From IMG/VR virus record IMGVR_UViG_3300043473_000028: a DNA stretch of 64,000 nucleotides. One strand, given 5' to 3'. Under the pieces are notes generated by a model that worked only from the letters and a program-made list of their open reading frames with translations, was not told the origin of the DNA and did not search any database. Numbering within the stretch: the first letter of the stretch is position 1; each line of letters opens with the position of its first letter. A program made the translations under genes and the position numbers. Source of the DNA: an uncultured virus (IMG/VR IMGVR_UViG_3300043473_000028) (Duplodnaviria > Heunggongvirae > Uroviricota > Caudoviricetes). This document shows positions 1 through 9,147 of this stretch, piece by piece.

Positions 1-192
1 GCTATGTTCAATGAAGCTTTTGGCATCTTCAAGCGCTATGAGCTTGCGCTGTGCAATGAGAGAGAGTTGCCCAGCAATGCGCCGCCGCTACCCACGCTGG
101 CTGAACTGCACGCCCGCCGCGCCGCCTATGAGGCGGCGCAGAAGGCCAAGCGTGACGCGCGCAAGGCCGCCAAAGCAGCAACGGCGCACTAG
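1..192 (+). CDS. 3' end of an upstream gene (truncated by window edge), unknown function
   Basis: Open frame from the window start to TAG at 190-192, with a K/A-rich C-terminus; directly followed by the helicase gene. Confidence 0.5.
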   Translation, partial: AMFNEAFGIFKRYELALCNERELPSNAPPLPTLAELHARRAAYEAAQKAKRDARKAAKAATAH

Positions 193-194
193 CA

Positions 195-1709
195 ATGGAA
201 ATCATCCTTGGCCCCCCCGGATGTGGCAAGACCACCCACCTGCTTGAGCAGATGGAGGGTGAGCTTGACCGGGGGGTGCCGCCTGAGCGCATCGGCTTTG
301 TCAGTTTCACCCGGCGCGCCGCGCAAGAGGCCAAAGACCGGGCTACCATCAAATTCAAACTGGGACCACATCAGTTGCGCTGGGTGCGCACGCTGCACAG
401 CCTGTGCTTCAAGGCGTTGGGTCTGGATCGCAGTGCTGTGTTTGAGGGCAAGAAACTGCAAGAGTTTGCGGCCTATGTGGGCCATAAGATCAGCAACATC
501 ACGTCCATGGAAGAGGGCGGCGCTTTTGGTTCAAGCGTTGGTGACCGTTGCCTGTACATGGACAATATGGCGCGCATCAGTTGCGTGCCGCTGCGCCAAT
601 ATTTTGATAACAATTATGATGGCATCCTGTGGCCGGTGGTTGAGCATTTCTCACAGAGCCTGATCAAGTACAAACAGGTGAAGGGACTGGTTGACTACAC
701 CGATATGCTGGCCGCCTTTGCCGTGTCAGCCGACTGGCATAACCGCATGGACGTGCTGTTGGTGGATGAGGCGCAAGACCTGAGCGTGCTGCAATGGCGC
801 GTGGTTGAGCGGCTGGCGCAGGGCGTGCCGCGCGTCTGCATCGCTGGTGATGATGACCAAGCCATATACCGCTGGGCCGGGGCCGCCGTTGACCATTTCA
901 TTGAGCTACCGGGCACGGTGACCGTGCTGAACCACAGTTGGCGCGTGCCGCCTGAGGTGCAGGCGCTGGCGCTGAGTATCGTGGGCCAGATCAAGCACCG
1001 CCGCCCCAAGGAATGGCATCCACGTGACGGCAGCGGCACAGTCAGGCGCGTGGGTAGTCTTGAGGGCGCGGACATTGACGTGAATGAAGACACGCTGATC
1101 TTGGCCCGCAACACGTGTTTTTTGCGTGATGACGTGATGCGGTTTTTGTACGGCCTTGGCATTCTCTATGAGTACCATGGCCGCTTGTCGGTGCGGCAAA
1201 GTCTGGTCAACGCCATCGTGGCTTGGGAACGGCTGCGCAAGGGCGGTGAAGTCCCGGTGGATACCGCTGCCCGGATTTATGAAGAAATGCAGGTGGGCGT
1301 GGGCTTCACGCGTGGGCACAAGAAGCTGCCCGCCTATAAGGACCGTGAGCAGATGGTCACCCTTGAAGACCTGAAAGAGGCCGGGGGCCTGCTCACCGAC
1401 GCCATTTGGCATGAGGCGCTGACCAAGGCCACGGCTGTTGAACGCATCTACATGTTGCAGGCGCTGCGTGGCGGCCAGAAGCTGACAGAGCCCAGCAAGA
1501 TACGCATCAGCACCATCCACGGGGCCAAGGGCGCGCAGGCTGACCATGTGGTGCTGCTGACCGATATGGCGTGGCGCACCTACGATGAGGCCCGCCGCCT
1601 ACCTGACGATGAAGCCCGCACTTGGTACGTGGCAGTGACGCGGGCCAAGCACAAGCTGACGGTGATATCGCAGCAAAGCCGCCATTCAACCACTCTGATC
1701 AATGTCTGA
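195..1709 (+). CDS. SF1 (UvrD/Rep-like) DNA helicase
   Basis: Walker A GPPGCGKT, Walker B LVDEAQD, GDDDQAIY, STIHGAKG, WYVAVTRA. Confidence 0.92.
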   Translation: MEIILGPPGCGKTTHLLEQMEGELDRGVPPERIGFVSFTRRAAQEAKDRATIKFKLGPHQLRWVRTLHSLCFKALGLDRSAVFEGKKLQEFAAYVGHKISNITSMEEGGAFGSSVGDRCLYMDNMARISCVPLRQYFDNNYDGILWPVVEHFSQSLIKYKQVKGLVDYTDMLAAFAVSADWHNRMDVLLVDEAQDLSVLQWRVVERLAQGVPRVCIAGDDDQAIYRWAGAAVDHFIELPGTVTVLNHSWRVPPEVQALALSIVGQIKHRRPKEWHPRDGSGTVRRVGSLEGADIDVNEDTLILARNTCFLRDDVMRFLYGLGILYEYHGRLSVRQSLVNAIVAWERLRKGGEVPVDTAARIYEEMQVGVGFTRGHKKLPAYKDREQMVTLEDLKEAGGLLTDAIWHEALTKATAVERIYMLQALRGGQKLTEPSKIRISTIHGAKGAQADHVVLLTDMAWRTYDEARRLPDDEARTWYVAVTRAKHKLTVISQQSRHSTTLINV

Positions 1710-1710
1710 C

Positions 1711-1739
1711 TGTACAATTCCCACCAGTGGGTGTATGCG
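1711..1739 (+). promoter_or_regulatory. Putative sigma70-type promoter (TGTACA-N17-TATGCG)
   Basis: Intergenic, 17-bp spacer, variant of the TTTACA-N17 family seen elsewhere; GGAG SD precedes ATG 1779. Confidence 0.4.
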
Positions 1740-1778
1740 TTTCAGTCTAGGCGAGTAGAGCCTGAAAGGAGTAGTTGA

Positions 1779-2264
1779 ATGGCCAAGACTAAGAAAGCTG
1801 AGACGGTGCGCAGACGCATTGACGAGAACTGCGTCATCACGCTGGTGGCTGAGGGCAACCCCAAGCGGCCCGGCAGCAACAGCAACACGCGCTTTGAACT
1901 GTACCGCAGCGGCATGACCGTCAAAGAAGCCAAGGCCGCTGGCCTGCGTGCCACTGACATCATGAATGACAGCAATGAAGACCACGGCTTCATCACGCTG
2001 ACCAAGCCTGACGGCACCATGGAGGTGCCCGCGTCCAAGAAGGCCCGCAAGGCGGCGGCTGCGGTCAAGCGGCTCAGGGCGGCCCGCAAGGCGGCCAAGG
2101 CGGCTGGTGAGCCGCTGCCCCCGCTGAAGCCCAAGAAGGCCAAGAAGCCCAAGAAGGTGGCCAAGGCGGCCAAGAAGGCCCGCAGCAAGAAGCCCAAGAA
2201 AGACGAACCAGTTGCTGATACCACTGGTGAGATTGATGACAACCCCGCCGCTGAGGCGGCCTAA
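1779..2264 (+). CDS. NPKK-domain protein with K/A-rich histone-like tail (putative DNA-binding protein)
   Basis: ITLVAEGNPKRPGSNSNTRFELYRSGMTVKEAKAAG...GFITL followed by a KKAKKPKKVAKAAKK-rich segment. Confidence 0.75.
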   Translation: MAKTKKAETVRRRIDENCVITLVAEGNPKRPGSNSNTRFELYRSGMTVKEAKAAGLRATDIMNDSNEDHGFITLTKPDGTMEVPASKKARKAAAAVKRLRAARKAAKAAGEPLPPLKPKKAKKPKKVAKAAKKARSKKPKKDEPVADTTGEIDDNPAAEAA

Positions 2265-2280
2265 CCACTGAGGAACCGGC

Positions 2281-3132
2281 ATGCGCGTTGAAGACATCTG
2301 GGTGTTTGCCAGCAAGCGGCACAACATTTATCTGAAACGCGCTGCCGGGTTGCCGCCCCCGTGGACGGATGACTACATCCTGAAGACCTATCGTTTCTGC
2401 AACATGTATAGGGAACTGGATACCGTCACCGATTGGCTGCGCGTCAACTGGCGTGAGCCGCACGCCGACAACCCAGACCTGTGGCACGCCTTTGTGGTGG
2501 CCCGGCACATCAACAACGTGCCCATGCTCAAGGCGCTGAGTGAGATTTACATGGGCGGCATCACGCTGCCGTGGGCCCCTGAGCGCTTCAAAGAACTGGG
2601 CATAGCCCGCAGGCGGGCTGGTGAGCGCGTCTGGTCAGCCGCCTACATCATCGGCACCCGTGAGACGGGTGAGAAGATCACCTACATCGCGGACAAGGTG
2701 CTGACGCCGATGTGGCAGAAGCGTGAGCAGATCAGGCCGCAACAGGGTGACACGCTGACCAGTTGGCACATGCAGCTTGGCCTGTGGTTTGGCATGGCCA
2801 GCTTCATGGCGGCGCAGGTGATTGCCGACATCAAGCACGCCACCCCGGCGCTGAAAGAAGCCGGGGATTGGTACACCTTCTGCGCCAGCGGCCCCGGCTC
2901 ACGGCGCGGGCTCAACCGTATTTTTCACCGGCCGATCACCAGCCCGTGGCGTGAAGATGATTTCAGGCTTAAACTGCTGAGCCTGCGGCAAGAGCTTGCG
3001 CCGATGTTTGCCGTGCAGGGCTGGCCGATACCCGACGCGCAAGATGTTCAAAATATACTTTGCGAGTTTGATAAATACGAGCGCACGCGGTTGAAAGAGG
3101 GCACGCCCAAGCAGTTGTTCAGAAATGGGTAG
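2281..3132 (+). CDS. aGPT-pyrophosphorylase clade 1 / 5-hmdU DNA kinase helical-domain family protein (DNA-modification associated)
   Basis: PPPWTDDYILKTYRFCNMYRELD, FMAAQVIADIK, GPGSRRGLNRI and DVQNILCEFDKYER motifs typical of this family in hypermodifying phages. Confidence 0.8.
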   Translation: MRVEDIWVFASKRHNIYLKRAAGLPPPWTDDYILKTYRFCNMYRELDTVTDWLRVNWREPHADNPDLWHAFVVARHINNVPMLKALSEIYMGGITLPWAPERFKELGIARRRAGERVWSAAYIIGTRETGEKITYIADKVLTPMWQKREQIRPQQGDTLTSWHMQLGLWFGMASFMAAQVIADIKHATPALKEAGDWYTFCASGPGSRRGLNRIFHRPITSPWREDDFRLKLLSLRQELAPMFAVQGWPIPDAQDVQNILCEFDKYERTRLKEGTPKQLFRNG

Positions 3133-3203
3133 AAAAATGAGACGCAACGCAAGCCAGCACGCCCACATGTGTCACATCAGGCGCATGAAGCGAAAGTATT
3201 GAA

Positions 3204-3350
3204 GTGGCCAAATACAACTGGCGTGACCCTGACACCGGGCTTGAGTATGAGCCGTTGCCCATGCCGGGGTTCTGGCAGGGCATGATAGCGGGCGCGCTGG
3301 CTGAGGCCGGGCTGATACTGGTCTTTGCCTTCATCTTCTGGGTGCTGTGA
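3204..3350 (+). CDS. Small membrane protein (48 aa)
   Basis: Read by hand: GTG..MAKYNWRDPDTGLEYEPLPMPGFWQGMIAGALAEAGLILVFAFIFWVL; stop overlaps the next start. Confidence 0.55.
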   Translation: MAKYNWRDPDTGLEYEPLPMPGFWQGMIAGALAEAGLILVFAFIFWVL

Positions 3351-3559
3351 TGCTGTCCATCTGGACGGTCTACGACCACCCCAGTGACTACCCGCACTGC
3401 TACGTGGCGCGGCAATTTATAGGCGAAAAGTCAACCAACAGCGTCATGGTCAGCGCTGATCTGGAAAGACTGCGTGAAATCTTGCTGGTTGACATGGGCC
3501 TGACGCGGCTTGAGCGCGATGAGCGCGATGACCCGGTGATCTTGGAAACTTGGCTATGA
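3347..3559 (+). CDS. Hypothetical phage protein
   Basis: IWTVYDHPSDYPHCYVARQF...DDPVILETWL; translationally coupled to neighbours. Confidence 0.65.
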   Translation: MMLSIWTVYDHPSDYPHCYVARQFIGEKSTNSVMVSADLERLREILLVDMGLTRLERDERDDPVILETWL

Positions 3560-3639
3560 TGAAGCCTGAGACATTCGGTGCTTTTCTGGTTGTGGTGGTG
3601 GTGCTGCTGGTGCTGCTGGTCTGGTTTGGGGTGATCTGA
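3556..3639 (+). CDS. Tiny single-TM peptide (27 aa)
   Basis: MMKPETFGAFLVVVVVLLVLLVWFGVI; ATGA and TGATG overlaps with both neighbours. Confidence 0.55.
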   Translation: MMKPETFGAFLVVVVVLLVLLVWFGVI

Positions 3640-3857
3640 TGGATGATGAACAGAGTGCCGAAGAGGTGCAGGCCACCCTTGATGTGCTGAAGGCCGTGTG
3701 GACAATTGCCCACAAGTACCAAGTCTGCACCACCTGCCTGATGTTCAACGCCGCGACACATGTGCAGACGGCGCTGGCTGAGGGTCAGATAGGCCACGGC
3801 GCGCCCACCGATGAAGAGGCGGCTGAGTTTGGGCGGCAACAGTCAATTCGCCACTAA
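3639..3857 (+). CDS. Hypothetical protein (CxxC)
   Basis: Coupled ORF containing VCTTCL. Confidence 0.55.
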   Translation: MDDEQSAEEVQATLDVLKAVWTIAHKYQVCTTCLMFNAATHVQTALAEGQIGHGAPTDEEAAEFGRQQSIRH

Positions 3858-4095
3858 AAGGGCGTGGCCAGCGTGGGGCGTGCTGTGGCGGCGGGTGGGT
3901 GAGCCCGGCCGCCTGATGGGCACGCCAGACCATCCGTCACGCACGCTGCTGTTCTTCACCAAGGCCGCCGCCCGCGCCCACATCGTTGAGCGCTACGGCT
4001 ACATCCGGCACCGCACTGATCTGCGCAGGCCGCCGCACAATTGGCGCATGCCGCAGGCCGTCAAGGTGGACGTTCAGATTACTCCCTTTACATAG
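3811..4095 (+). CDS. Hypothetical protein (start uncertain)
   Basis: LLFFTKAAARAHIVERYGYIRHRTDLRRPPHNWRMPQAVKV looks protein-like. Confidence 0.5.
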   Translation: MKRRLSLGGNSQFATKRAWPAWGVLWRRVGEPGRLMGTPDHPSRTLLFFTKAAARAHIVERYGYIRHRTDLRRPPHNWRMPQAVKVDVQITPFT

Positions 4096-4115
4096 AGCGA
4101 ATTAGCTGGTAGAAC
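4087..4115 (+). promoter_or_regulatory. Sigma70-like early promoter TTTACA-N17-TAGAAC
   Basis: Same -35/-10 and same upstream TTACTCCC as the promoter at 5873. Confidence 0.7.
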
Positions 4116-4153
4116 GAATGGGTAAACCAACCAACCCGTGAAAGGTTAATCCC

Positions 4154-4426
4154 GTGAATAACGACCGACGCAAGACCATATCCACCCTGCATGGTGAGCT
4201 TGACAGCCTCAAGAGCCAGCTTGAAGACCTGCGTGACCAGATAGACACCGTGCGCGGTGAAGAGCAGGATGCTTTTGACAACCTGCCTGAGGGCCTTCAG
4301 CAGGCTGACCGTGGCCAGACCATGGAAGAGGCCGCCAATCAGCTTCAGACCGCCTATGACGCCGCTGACAGCGCCGTCAGCAGTCTGGATGAAGCCCTGA
4401 CCGCCCTTGATGACGCGGGGCAGTGA
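4154..4426 (+). CDS. Acidic coiled-coil hypothetical protein
   Basis: GTG start within CCCGTGA; EEQDAFDNLPEGLQQADRGQTMEEA. Confidence 0.7.
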   Translation: MNNDRRKTISTLHGELDSLKSQLEDLRDQIDTVRGEEQDAFDNLPEGLQQADRGQTMEEAANQLQTAYDAADSAVSSLDEALTALDDAGQ

Positions 4427-4707
4427 TCATGCGCAAGATGATAAACCCAGTGCCGAACCTGAACGGCAACACCGCTGAAAGCCTGATCACCCCGCTGGGT
4501 GAGGTGCTGACCGCCCTGCATGGCCTTGAGAAGGCCATGCGGGGTGCCAGCGCCTGCTACCACGGCAGAAACTTCCAGACCCTGCCGCACGGGGCTGAGG
4601 CCCAGCGCGCCGCGCAGGCGGCGTGGCATGAGCGCTTTGAATGGCTGAGCCGCTTTGAGCATGAGATTGAAGACATGCGCATCGCCATCCAGCAGGGTGA
4701 CCGCTGA
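4423..4707 (+). CDS. Hypothetical protein
   Basis: Coupled ORF; PNLNGNTAESL...YHGRNFQT. Confidence 0.65.
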   Translation: MIMRKMINPVPNLNGNTAESLITPLGEVLTALHGLEKAMRGASACYHGRNFQTLPHGAEAQRAAQAAWHERFEWLSRFEHEIEDMRIAIQQGDR

Positions 4708-5024
4708 TGTGGTTTTGCTTCAACGACGGCTTTCTATCCGTGGTCAAGGATACCAAGCGGCCGGGCCACCTTCAGGTGAGGGCGCGCAAAAGACAGCACA
4801 TCGTCAATGCGTTCCCTGACCGGGTGCCCATCAGCCACACGCCCAAGGGTGACTACCGCTGGCGCGTCAGCGTGCCCGCTGACCTGTGGGCTGAGGTGGT
4901 GGCCGCGCGCATCAGGGCCATTGACTATGACAACTTCAAAAACAGCGTGAAGGAACCTAAACTCAAGGCCATGTTCAGCATGTGGTGGTTTGATCACTAC
5001 AGGTATCAGAGTGACCAGCCATGA
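4707..5024 (+). CDS. Hypothetical phage protein
   Basis: MWFCFNDGFLSVV...LQVRAR...DYRWR...IDYDNFKN; coupled. Confidence 0.7.
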   Translation: MWFCFNDGFLSVVKDTKRPGHLQVRARKRQHIVNAFPDRVPISHTPKGDYRWRVSVPADLWAEVVAARIRAIDYDNFKNSVKEPKLKAMFSMWWFDHYRYQSDQP

Positions 5025-5224
5025 TGACCATCCAGCGCCTGCTACAGGCCGCCCAAGAACTCGCTGACAGCGTGCAGGCGGATGACGTGGGCATGATGAT
5101 CGGCGGCAAGTTCATAGGCGGCAACGGCGGCCTGCTGAGCCGTGAGACGATAGCCAAGGCCGACGCCGTGCGCCGCGCAATTTACGCAGTAACGAATGAG
5201 AAGGTGAGTGAAAATGGCAATTAA
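5021..5224 (+). CDS. Hypothetical protein
   Basis: Coupled ORF; GGNGGLLSRETIAKADAVR. Confidence 0.6.
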   Translation: MMTIQRLLQAAQELADSVQADDVGMMIGGKFIGGNGGLLSRETIAKADAVRRAIYAVTNEKVSENGN

Positions 5225-5696
5225 TCTGAACCGGGCCACCATCATAGGGCGGCTGGGCGCTGAGCCTGAGAGCCGGGGCCAGAACAATGAAATTCTGGCG
5301 CTGAGCGTAGCCACGTCTGAAAGCTGGAAGGACAAGCAGACCGGCGACTGGCAAGAGCGCACCCAGTGGCACAAGGTGGTGATCTTCAACACCCACGTGG
5401 CCGCCAACATCAGCAAGAATGCCCGCAAGGGCGATCTGGTCTGCGTTGAGGGCCAGATTGAAACCCGCAAATGGGCCGCGCCTGAGGGTGACCGCTACAT
5501 CACAGAGATTGTGGTCAAGCAGTTCAACGGCAATGTGCAGGTGCTGCCCAAAGACGGCAACCGGGGGGTTGCTGAGCCCGCTGAGCGGCGTGAGCCTGAG
5601 AAGGCCAAGCCAGAGCCAGCCCCCCGGCAGAGCCCGCCGCGCGGCAGGGGCCTTGATCGTGACGATGAAATCCCGTTCGCACCTGAGTGGCGCTGA
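5214..5696 (+). CDS. ssb: Single-stranded DNA-binding protein
   Basis: LNRATIIGRLG, LSVATSESWKDKQTGDWQERTQWHKVVIF, VEGQIETRKW, acidic tip DDEIPF. Confidence 0.95.
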   Translation: MAINLNRATIIGRLGAEPESRGQNNEILALSVATSESWKDKQTGDWQERTQWHKVVIFNTHVAANISKNARKGDLVCVEGQIETRKWAAPEGDRYITEIVVKQFNGNVQVLPKDGNRGVAEPAERREPEKAKPEPAPRQSPPRGRGLDRDDEIPFAPEWR

Positions 5697-5860
5697 TGAG
5701 CAAGCTTGTCCACAACCACGGCCCGGTGTTCAGAGAGCCCCGGCCACGGCCCAAGCGGCACGTGGTCACTGACACCAAGCCTGAGCGGGTGCCCATCAGC
5801 ACGCCCACGGTCAAGCGTGAGCGCATCACGCTAGCCAAGCTAAAATTTATGGGCCAATAG
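5696..5860 (+). CDS. Small basic hypothetical protein (54 aa)
   Basis: Read by hand: MSKLVHNHGPVFREPRPRPKRHVV...KLKFMGQ; TGATG overlap with ssb. Confidence 0.5.
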   Translation: MSKLVHNHGPVFREPRPRPKRHVVTDTKPERVPISTPTVKRERITLAKLKFMGQ

Positions 5861-5872
5861 CATTTTACTCCC

Positions 5873-5901
5873 TTTACAATAGACGAGCGGGCATGTAGAA
5901 C
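5873..5901 (+). promoter_or_regulatory. Sigma70-like early promoter TTTACA-N17-TAGAAC
   Basis: Repeat of the 4087 promoter; followed by CCAACCAACCAAGGG leader. Confidence 0.7.
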
Positions 5902-5949
5902 GAGCGGGCTGGGGCGTGACCCCGGCCCAACCAACCAAGGGTTTTTCTG

Positions 5950-7617
5950 ATGTCCACCGTGAAGATTTTTACCCCGTCACCTGAGCAGGCCGCGTTTCTT
6001 GATTGGGTCAAGACGGGCAAGGGTAGCTGCGTTCTTGAGGCCGTTGCGGGCGCTGGCAAGACCAGCACGCTGATTGAGGCCGTCAAGATCATGCAGGGCA
6101 AGGTTTTTCTGGGCGCTTACAACACCAAGATGGGCGCTGAGTTGAAGGATAGGCTGACGGCTATCGCCGTGGCTGAGATGGGCTCTGCCCTTGACGGTCT
6201 TGAGGGCGATGCCCGTGACAAGGCCATCTGGTGGCACAGCAAGGACAAGCAGGCCGGTACTTTTCACAGCGCGGGCTTCAAGGCCCTGCGCAAGGCCAAT
6301 CAGGACGTGAAGGTTGATGACGGCAAGGTCAAGGCCATCGTCAAGGCCATCTTTGCCGCTGACCAGCGTGAGCCGGTTGAGGGTGAGCTTGATGCCGTCA
6401 AGCATCTGGTTGGCCTTGCCAAGCAGACGGGCTTCTACGTGCGCGGTCTGGTTGAGACGGTGAAGCCTGCCTACTGGGTGGCGCTGATTGACCGCCATGA
6501 CGTGGCTGACCGTCTGCCCGATGACTATGACATCGGCAATCTGGTGGCGCTGGCTGAGCGCGCCCTGAAGGCCAACAACGCCCAGCGCATCACGGTTGAC
6601 TTTGATGACATGTGCTACCTGCCGCTGCTGCTCAACCTGCGCTTCTGGCCCATGGATTGGGTGTTGGTTGATGAAGCTCAGGATACCAATGCCGTGCGCC
6701 GTGAGATGGCCAAGCGCATGCTGCGCTACGGCACGGGCCGTCTGGTGGCGGTGGGTGATCCGCATCAGGCGATCTTTGGCTTCACGGGCGCTGACGCCCA
6801 GAGCCTGAACCTGATCAAGAGCCTGTTCAACGCGGTGACCATGAGCCTGAGCGTTAGCTGGCGCTGCCCGCAGGCGGTGGTGGCGGTGGCGCGTGAGTAC
6901 GTCAGCCACATCCACGCTGCCCCTACCGCTGCCGCTGGCGTGGTGCGTGCGGTCAGCTACCGTGAGATGCTGGACAGCATCCAGCCCGGCCATGCGGTTC
7001 TGAGCCGCACCAATGCGCCGCTGGTTGAATTGTGCTTTCGCCTTATCCGTGAGGGCAAGCCTGCCAAGATTGAAGGCCGTAGCATCGGTGAGGGCCTGTC
7101 GGCTCTGGTAGGCCGCTGGAAGGTCAAGACGCTTGACGCCTTTGAAGGCAAGCTGGCCAAGTTTGACCAGCGTGAGCGCGCCAAGCTGGCCGCTGCCGCC
7201 AAGCAGGATGAGGCCAAGCTGGCCCGCCATGAAGACAAGCTGGCCACCATCATGTGCCTGCTTGAGCGTGCCCGTGACCGTGGTCTTCAGACCGTGGTTG
7301 AGATGCAGGCGATGATTGAGAGCATGTTTGCCGACGTGGGCGGCGCTGATCCGGTGACGGGTGAAGTGCCCAACCTGATCGTGCTGAGCAGCGTGCACAA
7401 GTCCAAGGGTCTTGAGTGGCCGGTGGTGCACATTCTGGGCCGTGGTGAGGTGATGCCGATGGCGCGGCCCGCGATGCAAGACTGGCAGAAAGAGCAAGAA
7501 ATCAACTTGTGCTACGTGGCCGTGACGCGGGCTCAGCAGGTGCTGGTTGACGTGGCGATGCCCACGCCAGCCGATCTGAAGCCCGCCAAGAAGGTCACTG
7601 AAGGGGCGGCGGCATGA
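5950..7617 (+). CDS. Second SF1 (UvrD/Rep-like) helicase
   Basis: AVAGAGKTSTL, LVDEAQD, VGDPHQAIFGF, SSVHKSKGLEW, CYVAVTRA. Confidence 0.92.
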   Translation: MSTVKIFTPSPEQAAFLDWVKTGKGSCVLEAVAGAGKTSTLIEAVKIMQGKVFLGAYNTKMGAELKDRLTAIAVAEMGSALDGLEGDARDKAIWWHSKDKQAGTFHSAGFKALRKANQDVKVDDGKVKAIVKAIFAADQREPVEGELDAVKHLVGLAKQTGFYVRGLVETVKPAYWVALIDRHDVADRLPDDYDIGNLVALAERALKANNAQRITVDFDDMCYLPLLLNLRFWPMDWVLVDEAQDTNAVRREMAKRMLRYGTGRLVAVGDPHQAIFGFTGADAQSLNLIKSLFNAVTMSLSVSWRCPQAVVAVAREYVSHIHAAPTAAAGVVRAVSYREMLDSIQPGHAVLSRTNAPLVELCFRLIREGKPAKIEGRSIGEGLSALVGRWKVKTLDAFEGKLAKFDQRERAKLAAAAKQDEAKLARHEDKLATIMCLLERARDRGLQTVVEMQAMIESMFADVGGADPVTGEVPNLIVLSSVHKSKGLEWPVVHILGRGEVMPMARPAMQDWQKEQEINLCYVAVTRAQQVLVDVAMPTPADLKPAKKVTEGAAA

Positions 7618-7787
7618 AGAGCAATTTCACCTACCGCGCCAGCCAGAGGATGACCACCGTTGAGGTGGTCATCCTGCTGACCCTCAGCTTTGGCTGCTGG
7701 TTCACCGATCACCGGGCCGTGGCCATCGTGGCCTTGGCTTGGGCGGTGCTGTCACTCAACCTGCATTTCAGGCGGACCCACAAATGA
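7614..7787 (+). CDS. Small membrane protein (57 aa)
   Basis: Read by hand: MKSNFTYRASQRMTTVEVVILLTLSFGCWFTDHRAVAIVALAWAVLSLNLHFRRTHK; ATGA overlaps on both sides. Confidence 0.55.
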   Translation: MKSNFTYRASQRMTTVEVVILLTLSFGCWFTDHRAVAIVALAWAVLSLNLHFRRTHK

Positions 7788-8782
7788 GCAAGGCCCCCAA
7801 GCGCCAGCCGCTGCTGTCAGACATGCTGCTACAGCAGACGCGCACGCCCTACACGCCGCCACGGCAGGCGATGCTGATCGCCAAGCGGTTCGTCTTTGAC
7901 CCGCAGGCGTCAGAGTTCACCGGCAAGCTCTTGCAGAAGGCCGCCCGGCTGATCCTGCGTGAGCAAGAATTTGCCCGCCAGCCCTACCCGCAGACGTGGG
8001 TTGAGTTTGACGCGCCCAGCTACAGCATCGGCCTGATGGGCGCGCCTGAGGGCGATGCCAAGACGGCCGATACCAAGTTCGGCTTTCTCTATGACAACGG
8101 CACGGTCTACTGCGGCGCGGCCAGCGCCAGAGGCTGCAACTGGTCACCGTTCACGATCAAGCTGCACCAGCCGGTGTCGTTTGAGACTGAGCTTGCCACG
8201 GCCATGGCCACCGGCCACAGCCGCCTGACGCTGCGCCAAGCCCTGATCGGCTATGCCGAACACCTGCATGACCCATGGTGGCAGAGCGGTGAAGTGGACA
8301 GCATCGCCCGCAGCCACGTCTACATCCCAGCCCCCGGTCTGGACGCCAAGCAGAACATGGGCATCTTGCAGGTGCACCAAGGCGTGTTGAAACAGGTGCT
8401 GGCGGCGCTGCTGATCCTGACCCGGCCGGGGCGGCGGGTGCTGACCATCACTGAAGAGGGGCACCAGCGCGGGCTCTGGAAGGGCAAGACCATCGTCATG
8501 GCCAAGCACAATCTGGTCAAGCTGCACATTGACCAGAGCGTGGCCATGCGGCGCTTTGTCAGCGGCATCCACACCGGTCTGCACCGCAAGCACCATGACG
8601 TGCGCGGCCACTGGGCGCAGACGCGGCGGCACCAGAACGCCTGCACCCACGTCTGGGACCCCATTGACATTGACCACTACCATTGCCTGCGCTGTGAGGC
8701 CAAGCGCTGGTGGCGCAGGGACCACACGCGTGGCAGACTTGAAGAGGGCTCAATCACCAAGGCGTATGAGGTGTCCACGTGA
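7784..8782 (+). CDS. Hypothetical protein with C-terminal H-x-VRGHW / WRRDHTRG motif and Cys/His cluster
   Basis: HHDVRGHW...CTHVW...CLRC..RWWRRDHTRG; similar basic His motif in 26784..27725. Confidence 0.75.
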   Translation: MSKAPKRQPLLSDMLLQQTRTPYTPPRQAMLIAKRFVFDPQASEFTGKLLQKAARLILREQEFARQPYPQTWVEFDAPSYSIGLMGAPEGDAKTADTKFGFLYDNGTVYCGAASARGCNWSPFTIKLHQPVSFETELATAMATGHSRLTLRQALIGYAEHLHDPWWQSGEVDSIARSHVYIPAPGLDAKQNMGILQVHQGVLKQVLAALLILTRPGRRVLTITEEGHQRGLWKGKTIVMAKHNLVKLHIDQSVAMRRFVSGIHTGLHRKHHDVRGHWAQTRRHQNACTHVWDPIDIDHYHCLRCEAKRWWRRDHTRGRLEEGSITKAYEVST

Positions 8783-9147
8783 CTGAACTGGTGCGTGACC
8801 CGCACGTTGCCGCGTACCTGACGGCGCGCGGCATCCTGCTGGCAGACTTTGACTACGGCGACTACGTGCTGTGGTGCCGCTATGAGGCCCCTACCGCGCC
8901 TGCCACGCAGCCCACGCCCAAATGGGCGCTTGAGCGCCGTACGGTCTACGCCTGCCGCCACTGCAAGAGCCTGACCGCCCGTGACGTGAACGCGCCCACC
9001 GCCCAGTATTGCCGCGTCTGCCGCCGCTACGATAGCGGGGCGAACGTGCATGATGTATTTCAGCTATTGGCCAAGCAGGTGGCTTGGCTGGGTGACGCCA
9101 ACGTCAACGCCATTTTGGATAGGACATATGCGAATAAACCTGACTGA
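8779..9147 (+). CDS. Zn-finger-like hypothetical protein
   Basis: CRHC...CRVC; coupled. Confidence 0.6.
   Translation: MTELVRDPHVAAYLTARGILLADFDYGDYVLWCRYEAPTAPATQPTPKWALERRTVYACRHCKSLTARDVNAPTAQYCRVCRRYDSGANVHDVFQLLAKQVAWLGDANVNAILDRTYANKPD

Noticed and set aside
3556..3639. Holin/lysis cassette from the small TM peptides (3204, 3556, 7614)
   Set aside because: No endolysin or spanin nearby; they lie in early/middle operons
5977..7497. 506-aa reverse-strand ORF (and many other long antisense ORFs, e.g. 37837-38951, 59068-60024, 28887-29852)
   Set aside because: Shadows of real genes on the opposite strand, caused by GC-rich codon bias; no motifs or SD
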